The translations under genes and the position numbers were made by a program. Below, in pieces: positions 56,379-64,000 of a stretch of 64,000 nucleotides of DNA. Numbering within the stretch: position 1 is the stretch's first letter; each line of letters opens with the position of its first letter. This DNA is from Bacteroidota bacterium (GTDB taxonomy: Bacteria; Bacteroidota; Bacteroidia; Chitinophagales; LD1). Where the stretch lies: positions 35-64,034 of the forward strand of contig CANJVG010000006.1 in assembly GCA_947478005.1 (NCBI GenBank). Reading direction: 5' to 3'. The notes under the pieces are model-generated. The model was not told the DNA's origin, made no database searches, and worked only from the letters and a program-made list of their open reading frames with translations.

Positions 56379-58916
56379 ATGGAAGAAATTAAACCTACTC
56401 TTAAAAAGAAGAAGGCCACGGAAGTGCCTTTTGAAATGGATAATATATCAGTAGAGAAACCATTGAAAACACCCAAGGATAAGAAGCCTTCCGCAAAAAA
56501 AGCGAAGGAAGAAACTTCAGATGAAATGGAGTCAAAATGGTGGAACGATGGTCGTTTATTTAAGTTAGGAGGGCTCACTCTTATTCTTACTTCGTTCATA
56601 CTTCTGGTAGCGTTTACTTCCTATCTTTTCACATTGGCCGATGACCAAAGTGAAGTGTTAAGTAATGGTGTGGCAACCCTTACCGATAGTTCTTTACAAG
56701 TGAAAAATGCTCTAGGAAGATTGGGTGCCTGGTTGGCGAATCTTTTCATCAACAATTTATTTGGCCTTTCTTCCTATCTGTTTGTAGTCATGACTTTTGC
56801 CATTGGATTTAATTGGCTTGTTCGCAAAAATATATTTCCTGCATTTCGTGTAATGCTCTATTCATTTATTGGCGTAGTTTGGTTTTCATCGGCACTGGCT
56901 TTTGCCAACTCACTTATATACCCGACCGGTATTTTGAATTGGGGCGGGGCTTTTGGAAATTATCTTACCGGTGAAGCAGGCTACCTTACAGGTTTGCTTA
57001 AACCTGTAGGTGTTGGTGCCTTATTAGTTTCCACAGCGCTTGTTTTTGCCATTGTAGTCTACAATATCAATTTTGATTTCATTCTTAAAGCCTTTGATTT
57101 TTCAAAGAAGAATGAAGCTGAAGAATTAGCCACAGCAGCCGTTGCTTCCACAAAAGCAGTTCCTGTGTTTAAAGATAATTCGGAAAGTATTTTTGCGAAG
57201 GATAACTTGTTGGAGCTTACTAAAACACCTGTCCATTTAGAAGTGGCACAGGCAGTGGAAGATGATATGGAATTTAAAGTAGTGAATAATGATTTGGAAA
57301 TTAAACGGGGAGAAGAAGATGACCTTGATTTGGAGTTGGAAGTAGGGGAGGTAATCGAGGAGACGGTAGTTGCCGCAAACGTTGGAGCTATCGGAACGAA
57401 TTTTGATCCGACACTAGATCTATCCAATTATAAATATCCAGGTCTTGAGTTGCTGGAAGAGCATGGCAGCGATAAGGTAAAGATAGATGCAGAAGAGTTG
57501 GAACGCAACAAAACGCAAATCATCTCTACCCTGAACAATTATCAAATTGAAATTTCGAAGATAAAGGCAACCATAGGACCTACCGTTACACTTTATGAAA
57601 TTGTACCCGCTCCCGGTGTGCGTATTTCTAAGATTAAAAACCTGGAGGATGACATAGCCCTCAGTTTAGCGGCTCTAGGTATTCGTATCATAGCTCCGAT
57701 ACCGGGCAAAGGAACGATTGGCATTGAAGTTCCGAATGCGCATAAGGAGGTGGTGTCTATGCGCTCGTTATTAGCATCTGAAAAGTTCCAGAACTCTACA
57801 GCAGACTTGCCGATTTGTTTAGGCAAATCAATTTCAAATGAAATCTTTGTGGCAGATTTAGCCAAGATGCCTCACTTGTTGATGGCAGGTGCTACGGGTC
57901 AAGGAAAATCAGTTGGTATCAATTCAATTCTGGTTTCGCTTCTATACAAAAAACATCCTTCCCAATTAAAGTTCATTCTTGTTGACCCGAAGAAGGTGGA
58001 GTTAAGTTTGTATGAAACTCTGGAGAAACACTTTCTGGCTAAACTTCCGAACGAAGCCGATGCTATTATCACTGATACGAAGAAGGTTGTAACCACATTG
58101 AATGCGCTTTGTCTCGAAATGGATGACCGCTATAACTTATTGAAGAAAGCGAGTTGCAGAAACCTGAAAGAGTACAACCATAAGTTTGTAAATCGCCAGT
58201 TAAATCCTCAAAACGGACATAAGTTTCTACCCTACATCGTATTGATTGTCGATGAATTTGCAGATTTAATTATGACTGCCGGTAAGGAAGTGGAGATGCC
58301 GATTGCCCGTTTAGCGCAATTGGCTCGTGCCATAGGAATTCACTTAATCCTTGCCACCCAACGACCTTCTGTAAATATTATTACCGGAACAATCAAGGCG
58401 AATTTTCCTGCTCGTATTGCTTTCAAAACAACTTCCAAGATTGATTCAAGAACCATTCTTGACACCGGAGGTGCAGAACAATTAATTGGTCGTGGTGATA
58501 TGTTGCTTTCCCTGGGTAGCGATACCATTCGTTTGCAATGCGGTTTTGTAGATACTCCTGAAGTTGAAAAAATCCGTGACTTTATTGCAGATCAACAAGG
58601 TTATGCCCATGCATTTGAATTGCCGGAATACGTTGACTTGAATGCCAAAGATGGCGAAGACTATTTTGCGGAGGGTGAACGGGATGATATGTTTGATGAT
58701 GCTGCCCGTGTGATAGTACAAAACCAAATGGGCTCTACTTCTCTTATTCAACGCAGATTGAAACTTGGTTATAACCGTGCGGGAAGATTGATGGATCAAT
58801 TGCAGGAGGCGGGCATTGTAGGCGATAACCTTGGCACCAAGGCCAGGGAGGTAAAATTTAAGACAGAAACAGAATTGGAACAGTATTTGCAAAAGCTAAA
58901 AGAACAGGCACTCTAA
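56379..58916 (+). CDS. ftsK: DNA translocase FtsK
   Basis: It has N-terminal TM segments, an acidic linker, Walker A GATGQGKSV, Walker B VDEFADL, and the gamma domain STSLIQRRLKLGYNRAGRLMDQL. Confidence 0.9.
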   Translation: MEEIKPTLKKKKATEVPFEMDNISVEKPLKTPKDKKPSAKKAKEETSDEMESKWWNDGRLFKLGGLTLILTSFILLVAFTSYLFTLADDQSEVLSNGVATLTDSSLQVKNALGRLGAWLANLFINNLFGLSSYLFVVMTFAIGFNWLVRKNIFPAFRVMLYSFIGVVWFSSALAFANSLIYPTGILNWGGAFGNYLTGEAGYLTGLLKPVGVGALLVSTALVFAIVVYNINFDFILKAFDFSKKNEAEELATAAVASTKAVPVFKDNSESIFAKDNLLELTKTPVHLEVAQAVEDDMEFKVVNNDLEIKRGEEDDLDLELEVGEVIEETVVAANVGAIGTNFDPTLDLSNYKYPGLELLEEHGSDKVKIDAEELERNKTQIISTLNNYQIEISKIKATIGPTVTLYEIVPAPGVRISKIKNLEDDIALSLAALGIRIIAPIPGKGTIGIEVPNAHKEVVSMRSLLASEKFQNSTADLPICLGKSISNEIFVADLAKMPHLLMAGATGQGKSVGINSILVSLLYKKHPSQLKFILVDPKKVELSLYETLEKHFLAKLPNEADAIITDTKKVVTTLNALCLEMDDRYNLLKKASCRNLKEYNHKFVNRQLNPQNGHKFLPYIVLIVDEFADLIMTAGKEVEMPIARLAQLARAIGIHLILATQRPSVNIITGTIKANFPARIAFKTTSKIDSRTILDTGGAEQLIGRGDMLLSLGSDTIRLQCGFVDTPEVEKIRDFIADQQGYAHAFELPEYVDLNAKDGEDYFAEGERDDMFDDAARVIVQNQMGSTSLIQRRLKLGYNRAGRLMDQLQEAGIVGDNLGTKAREVKFKTETELEQYLQKLKEQAL

Positions 58917-58963
58917 TTGAGCTAAAACTCACCGGTCTGTTGTTTTTAAATCAATCTGAAATT

Positions 58964-59644
58964 ATGCTTAGGCAAATAACTCTTTTCTTCCTCTTTCTTA
59001 TTTCTGCAACTGCTACCTTTTCTCAAACTTCAAACTCCGGTAATGATACTGAGGCATCTAACCTATTGAAGCGCGTAAGTGAAAAATACAAGGCATACAA
59101 AAACATTTCCGCTGAGTTTAAATTGGTTATTCAGCGCCCAAAGTTGAAGCCAGAGGAAGGCGATAAAAAATATACGGACACCCTAAAGGGAAAAATTCAG
59201 ATGCAGGGACCAAAGTTTAATATTGATATTAAAGGTCAGCGCATCATCTGCGATGGCAAAAATATCTGGACATATTCAGCTAAAGACAAGGAGACTCAAA
59301 TAAACTATTTTGAAGAAACAGATGACATTTTTTCTCCGTCAAAGATATTCAGTTTGTATAAGGATGGAATTATGTATCAGGTGAAGGAAAAGAAGGAAGT
59401 AAACGGCAAAAGCATTACAGTAATAGAGATGAGTCCACCAAGTAAAAAGGCTTCTTACTTTAAAATTGATGTAAGTATCGATGAAGCCACCTTACAATTG
59501 ATGGAATCAAAAATCTATGAGAAAAACGGGGTTCGTTATGTTTATAAATTCATCAGGCAAACTTCGGATGCCAACCTAAGTGACGAATTCTTTACCTTCG
59601 ATGCAAAGAAATTTCCGGGAGTGAAGGTTGTTGATTTAAGATAG
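58964..59644 (+). CDS. lolA: Outer-membrane lipoprotein carrier protein LolA-like
   Basis: It has a signal peptide, a size and beta-rich pattern typical of LolA, and the conserved ftsK-lolA adjacency. Confidence 0.7.
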   Translation: MLRQITLFFLFLISATATFSQTSNSGNDTEASNLLKRVSEKYKAYKNISAEFKLVIQRPKLKPEEGDKKYTDTLKGKIQMQGPKFNIDIKGQRIICDGKNIWTYSAKDKETQINYFEETDDIFSPSKIFSLYKDGIMYQVKEKKEVNGKSITVIEMSPPSKKASYFKIDVSIDEATLQLMESKIYEKNGVRYVYKFIRQTSDANLSDEFFTFDAKKFPGVKVVDLR

Positions 59645-59693
59645 TTGGAAACTACTCAGGTTACCGCATTAGATGGAGGTAAAGCCTCTTAAT

Positions 59694-60929
59694 TTAACTC
59701 GCTGCGTTTAAAATATTCTTTCGAAGGGAATTAGAATATCCAATGACAATAAACAAAGAAACAATGGAAGATGTATAGAGCAAATATTCATCAACACCTA
59801 TTTGGAAGTTTAGAAAAAATACAAGCGTTAACTTTAATAAACATAGCAACTGATATTCTATCCGCACATCAGGGTTCCATTTTTTTAAAGCAAAGGCAAA
59901 AATTAATGTAGCTACTAAAGTTACCGGAACTGACATTCCTTTAAAAATGATTCCCGGTTGAGCGAAAAATTTAGCCATTCCTAATTTATTGTTCAATTCT
60001 TCTATTGAAGTTAAATTAGTGTTGTTATTTAATGCATCCCGGTATTTAAACGGTATGGAAGCCATGTTAACTATCTCATCAAAGGTTCCTGAAAAAAGGA
60101 TTATCAGCAGAACCGTGGTTATGCTATAGAATAAAATTTTCCTAAGATCAGTTTTGTACAGCGGAAGTAATAGTATAACCGCGGAGGGAATCATAATGAC
60201 GGGTAAAAACCGGCTTAAAAGACATAGGGCTAGAGCAATGCCCACCAAGTTCCAATTTGTCCATATCAATGCCACGCATATCAAAGTATAGTATAGAATC
60301 ACTACTCCCTCTTCCGTTTGCGTAAAGTACCAACAACCTTGACTTATGAGTCTGTTTATAAGCAACGCTAACGAAGGTAAAATAGCCAATTGCCAAGTCC
60401 ATTTTATCCCGCTTCGGTGGACGGATATAAAAGCCAATAAAATAGATAGAATAACGAATAGAAATGAAGCCCAACGCAAATCTTGACCTAAGGCAATAGG
60501 TAACGCATATGGCAACCACATGGCAGGTAAATATGGAGCGGAAGAATCAACACCCCATACCTCCGTAATCTTGGCATATATCTTTGCATCTCCTGATAAA
60601 AAACGTTCGGCCATTACTTTTACAAAGAGCAACATGTCAGCGTGCTCTTTGATAGGGGGAGGGCCTTGCAATACATCTAACCGGAATAAATTGAACATCC
60701 AGTTGGCGAAAAGCAGGAAGAAACCGACTTGAACAACGGTAACTATTCGGTTAGTGATTTGTTTTTCAGCTTGAATAGAAAAAAACAGCGGGAAGACTGC
60801 TATCAGTATTCCTGAAAAAAAATAGGCTAATGAGCCTGCTGTGAAAAAAGGTAGAGCGGTGTAATAGCAAAAGGTTTCTACCAGGAGCAGAACACAAAGA
60901 AACGGAAACGTCCATTTGGATTTGAACAT
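59694..60929 (-). CDS. Hypothetical polytopic membrane protein (GT-C/DUF2029-like is possible)
   Basis: The 411-aa ORF has at least 10 predicted TM segments. No motif could be assigned with confidence. Confidence 0.45.
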   Translation of the reverse strand: MFKSKWTFPFLCVLLLVETFCYYTALPFFTAGSLAYFFSGILIAVFPLFFSIQAEKQITNRIVTVVQVGFFLLFANWMFNLFRLDVLQGPPPIKEHADMLLFVKVMAERFLSGDAKIYAKITEVWGVDSSAPYLPAMWLPYALPIALGQDLRWASFLFVILSILLAFISVHRSGIKWTWQLAILPSLALLINRLISQGCWYFTQTEEGVVILYYTLICVALIWTNWNLVGIALALCLLSRFLPVIMIPSAVILLLPLYKTDLRKILFYSITTVLLIILFSGTFDEIVNMASIPFKYRDALNNNTNLTSIEELNNKLGMAKFFAQPGIIFKGMSVPVTLVATLIFAFALKKWNPDVRIEYQLLCLLKLTLVFFLNFQIGVDEYLLYTSSIVSLFIVIGYSNSLRKNILNAAS

Positions 60930-60981
60930 AATTCAGAGGGCAAAATAAGGGCCTATAAATTTAGTCGAAAGTATGAGTTAC

Positions 60982-61389
60982 TTATTTGTCGAAGACAGTA
61001 ACGCTTACGCTGTTCGAAAGCCCGTCATTTTTGGTAACTGTAAAAGTATATCGTTCTGTTGTACCGGAATCCCCCGCTACATACGAATAATAATGGCTGA
61101 AATATTGTGTAACCAACGTGATGTCTTGAATCGTGCTATCGGCTCCGCCATTTATGCTACGGGAAATTTTACAGGAACTTAGCAGGCCTTCTGTGCCGGT
61201 CTTGGAAGCATTAATACCAATATTGAAAACAGTGCCATGAGCAAGGGCGGTATCGGTATAAACAAAAGCTGAGCCTTTGGTAAAGGCTATGGTTGGGGGT
61301 GTTTTTTTCTCTCCATCACAAGATGAAAAAAGCAGAATAAACCCGATAGAAATAGTAGCGAAGTAAAGAGAGATAACTTTATTGTTCAT
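60982..61389 (-). CDS. Hypothetical lipoprotein
   Basis: The 135-aa ORF has the lipobox LFSSC. Confidence 0.5.
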   Translation of the reverse strand: MNNKVISLYFATISIGFILLFSSCDGEKKTPPTIAFTKGSAFVYTDTALAHGTVFNIGINASKTGTEGLLSSCKISRSINGGADSTIQDITLVTQYFSHYYSYVAGDSGTTERYTFTVTKNDGLSNSVSVTVFDK

Positions 61390-61458
61390 GCCTTTTTTAT
61401 GAGTCGCGAAAATAACCTATCCATTGATTTTTAAAGAGATTTTACTGCTTCGGCTTGT

Positions 61459-63852
61459 TTACTGCTTCACAAGTTTCTTCGTCACTCTTCCGGTTTTGTT
61501 TTCAAGGGTGACGAAGTAAACGCCCGGAGATAGATTTCGGATGTCGAATTGCGGATTGCGCCCGCCCGACTGAACGTCATCAGTCGTTCGGGCGGGGATT
61601 TGAACAGCCGAATGCAATACTTCTCTTCCGGTGATGTCGGTAATCGTAAGATTGCTTCCAATCATGCTTTCATCAACACTTATTCGAACCGACTCAGTCG
61701 CAGGATTTGGATTCAATCCGAAATCCGCATTCTGAATTCCGAGATTGGCAACGCCTGTGGCAAGAGCGATTGTATTGCTCGTAGTATTCGTAACCACCGG
61801 ACTATTGAAATCGAAATAGATAAAGGCGGTGTTGTTGATGCTAGTGCCTATTGGCAGGTTGTCTTTGAGCTTGACTTTGTATTGCACATAGCCGCGGCTT
61901 AGTGGTTCGTTGGTGTTGCTGTCGGGGAGGTTGATGTTGGGGAAGTTGAAGCGGAGGTTGTTGCCTTTTAGCTGCACCATCGGTTGGTGGCTGTAGGCGA
62001 GTAGCTGAAAGCTGGCGGCATCTATATTACTATCGAGCGTATCGGTTACATAAATATGTTGCGCCTCGGCAGTGCCGGTGTTTTGGAAATGGATGGTGTA
62101 GGTAAGCCAATGGGTAGCGGTGTCTATATTACCTGCGGGGTAAACTTCTTTTTCATTAGGGTCCCAAGAACCAATTACGGTGAAGCAATGCGTAAGAATA
62201 TTATTGGCAGGGTTATTATCTCCGGCTATTGGGTTTACTATTAGGGTAAAACAAATCTGTGAACCCAACACAGCCGTAGTATCGGTAGCTACATTGATAT
62301 TAAAATCATGAAAGAAATTAACCGCACCAAAATCTGCAATGCTCCAGGTGATGGTATCGTTTACAATGCTTGTTGGTGTAAGTGCCCCGCTGGCAGCAGA
62401 AGCATAATGGGCTGCTCCGTTTATGATTAATTGAACACTGCCGCTGGTGCCTGCGGCACAGTGGGCACCATAAAAGTTGGTGGCATCGCCAGCGGAGACA
62501 TTTACTTTTCTGACGCGGCCCGGAACAAATCCACTATAAATACTTTGAGCAACTAAATCAAAACCCGGCTTGCAACGCAAACCAAAATTCATATCCGTAT
62601 CAAATGAATCGAGTGCAGTTATATTAGAAGTATAATAACCGCTATCGGGACAGGCAAATATGAAAGGCAGGTTGGTTGTATCAATCGAATAGGAATAGGT
62701 ACCTAAATCCGTATCGAAAGAATAGCTACCTGTTGGTATATTCTGTTGCTGTTGCAGGATTCCGTTTTGGTAGAGTTGCATTTTTACATTTAAGAAGGCA
62801 TTATTCTCTCCAGTATCATAGGAGCAATTGGCGTTACCATCTACATAAATGTTACCAGTGATATTCCAATAAACTGCGCAGCCATGAGTGTTGGAAACAT
62901 TACAGAGAGGAACAGTATTTAAGACCGGATAACTAGAAACATTGAATTGAGGATAATTAGGCAAACAGGTAATACCAGTGTTCCCGAAATTGAAATCCTT
63001 GATTTTTTTTAGCTGAGGCAAACAGAAAAGCTGTTGATTATTATGACAGTAGAAAACATTTAAAGAATCAGGCAATTCTGATAAAGAACTGAGTTGGTTG
63101 TAATAGCAATAAAGTTGTGTCAACGAATAAGGTAAGGCAGGTAAACTGCTTATTTGGTTATAAGAGCAATCAAGCCATGTTAACGAATTGGGCAAGACAG
63201 GTAAACTATTAAGCTGGTTGCTTTGGCAAACAAGCTGTGTCAACGAATGAGGTAAGGCAGGTAAAACGTTAAGTTGGTTGTGATTGCAAGTAAGACTCGT
63301 TAAAGAATTGGGTAAGGCTGGTAAACTTGTGAGTTGGTTGCTTTCGCAATATAGCGTAGTCAACGAATTAGGTAAGGTGGGCAAACTGGTGAGTGGGTTG
63401 TAAGAGCATCTAAGATATGTTAGCGAATTGGGTAAGGCAGGTAAACTGGTAAATTGGTTGTTATCGCACGAAAGTTGTCTCAAGAAATTGGGCAAGGTAG
63501 GTAAGCTGCTAAGTTGGCTGTTCCCGCACCAAAGCACAGTCAGCGAATTAGGCAAAGGAGGTAAAATGTTTAGTTGGTTGGCAACGCAAAAAAGCGTATC
63601 TAAATTATCAAAGTATTGTATGCCGGTGAGGTCAGTAATTTGTTGCCAGGAGCAGTCAATCCCACCTGCGCTTATTACGGCATTGCAAGTAGTATCCATA
63701 AAATTTCCATTCATACATGAGGAGAACCCATTTGTATTAAGCCATGCTCTAAAGTTTGCATCCGGAATACTCACCCACTGCGCTTTAGAGACAAAAGACA
63801 TTAGACACAAGACAGAGGACAATACAAGTGTTCTGAGGAGATTTCTTTGCAT
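61459..63852 (-). CDS. Leucine-rich-repeat protein (about 9-10 x 20-aa LPxLPxSLTxLxCxxNQLxS repeats) with a central DPNEK-containing beta-rich region and a T9SS type A sorting domain
   Basis: It has a signal peptide ending KAQ, LRRs over aa 76-275, and the C-terminus NPNPATES...GVYFVTL...KLVKQ. Confidence 0.8.
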   Translation of the reverse strand: MQRNLLRTLVLSSVLCLMSFVSKAQWVSIPDANFRAWLNTNGFSSCMNGNFMDTTCNAVISAGGIDCSWQQITDLTGIQYFDNLDTLFCVANQLNILPPLPNSLTVLWCGNSQLSSLPTLPNFLRQLSCDNNQFTSLPALPNSLTYLRCSYNPLTSLPTLPNSLTTLYCESNQLTSLPALPNSLTSLTCNHNQLNVLPALPHSLTQLVCQSNQLNSLPVLPNSLTWLDCSYNQISSLPALPYSLTQLYCYYNQLSSLSELPDSLNVFYCHNNQQLFCLPQLKKIKDFNFGNTGITCLPNYPQFNVSSYPVLNTVPLCNVSNTHGCAVYWNITGNIYVDGNANCSYDTGENNAFLNVKMQLYQNGILQQQQNIPTGSYSFDTDLGTYSYSIDTTNLPFIFACPDSGYYTSNITALDSFDTDMNFGLRCKPGFDLVAQSIYSGFVPGRVRKVNVSAGDATNFYGAHCAAGTSGSVQLIINGAAHYASAASGALTPTSIVNDTITWSIADFGAVNFFHDFNINVATDTTAVLGSQICFTLIVNPIAGDNNPANNILTHCFTVIGSWDPNEKEVYPAGNIDTATHWLTYTIHFQNTGTAEAQHIYVTDTLDSNIDAASFQLLAYSHQPMVQLKGNNLRFNFPNINLPDSNTNEPLSRGYVQYKVKLKDNLPIGTSINNTAFIYFDFNSPVVTNTTSNTIALATGVANLGIQNADFGLNPNPATESVRISVDESMIGSNLTITDITGREVLHSAVQIPARTTDDVQSGGRNPQFDIRNLSPGVYFVTLENKTGRVTKKLVKQ
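61561..61596. repeat. 36-nt GC-rich palindromic insert (CCCGCCCGA...TCGGGCGGG) in frame inside the sorting domain
   Basis: A perfect 9-bp outer stem plus an inner CTGA/TCAG pairing encodes PARTTDDVQSGG. It interrupts the heptamer tract 61533-61603. Confidence 0.8.
63027..63627 (-). repeat. Intragenic 60-bp tandem repeats encoding the LRRs
   Basis: Successive 60-nt sequence lines from 63121 to 63541 start with near-identical CAACGAATNRGGTAAGGC. Confidence 0.85.
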
Positions 63853-64000
63853 GAGGGTTTGGTTTTACGTTTAGTAAAAGTAAGATTTTTTGTTGCAGAG
63901 GTTATTTGTTGGGGTGGTGATGGGATTTTGTGTTTGCCGGTCAGACTGACGTCAGACCGGGGTTCTATTTCTTGGGAGGTGGATGGGATTTTTCTACATG

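Noticed and set aside
1-64000. Search for tRNA, rRNA, tmRNA, RNase P, SRP RNA or riboswitches in the intergenic gaps
   Set aside because: No GTTCGAATC-type T-arm, rRNA-like stretch or recognisable riboswitch core was seen by eye. A covariance-model scan (tRNAscan-SE, Infernal/Rfam) is needed to be sure.

Overview
This 64-kb chromosomal window comes from a Bacteroidota genome. The evidence is five proteins with T9SS C-terminal sorting domains, TAnnTTTG-type -7 boxes, a short NuoG and lipobox lipoproteins. The order or family cannot be fixed from sequence alone, although it resembles Chitinophagia/Sphingobacteriia.

The backbone is housekeeping:
- DNA and cell division: ung, ftsK-lolA.
- Energy metabolism: a nuoG-nuoN complex I cluster (no nuoA-F next to it), scoA-like CoA transferase, a long acyl-CoA dehydrogenase.
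- Redox and Fe-S: a SufT-like/bacilliredoxin/ferredoxin-reductase trio.
- Amino acid and lipid metabolism: thrA, a tryptophanase-like lyase, a fatty-acid desaturase, a PlsC-like acyltransferase.
- Other: a TPP enzyme/isochorismatase-like/M1 peptidase operon, a CHASE3-multi-PAS histidine kinase, and a GT-C/TPR membrane glycosyltransferase-like protein.

Surface and accessory content:
- two SprB-repeat T9SS cargos, one of which also carries a lamin-tail domain (LTD);
- a 1560-aa LTD-CotH-InlB-B-repeat protein with a type B sorting domain;
- a T9SS cargo with 20-residue IpaH/YopM-type LRRs;
- an apparently AT-rich island (about 24240-27492) holding three small orphan ORFs and a REP-associated tyrosine transposase (RAYT) bracketed by inverted two-hairpin REPs.

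I found no rRNA, tRNA, CRISPR or recognisable defence system.

The most unusual signals are non-coding:
1. Four mutually unrelated intergenic tandem arrays are all phased at exactly 21 or 42 bp. Two are clearly built from alternating inverted half-sites and a third shows weaker half-site alternation.
2. A 36-nt GC-rich palindrome is inserted in frame inside a degenerate heptanucleotide tract within a T9SS sorting domain. A palindrome-free relic copy of that tract lies at the other end of the window.
3. The REP/RAYT module shows compensatory hairpin changes and is bracketed by a 21-nt duplication.

All functional calls rest on motif recognition by eye. No database search was run.
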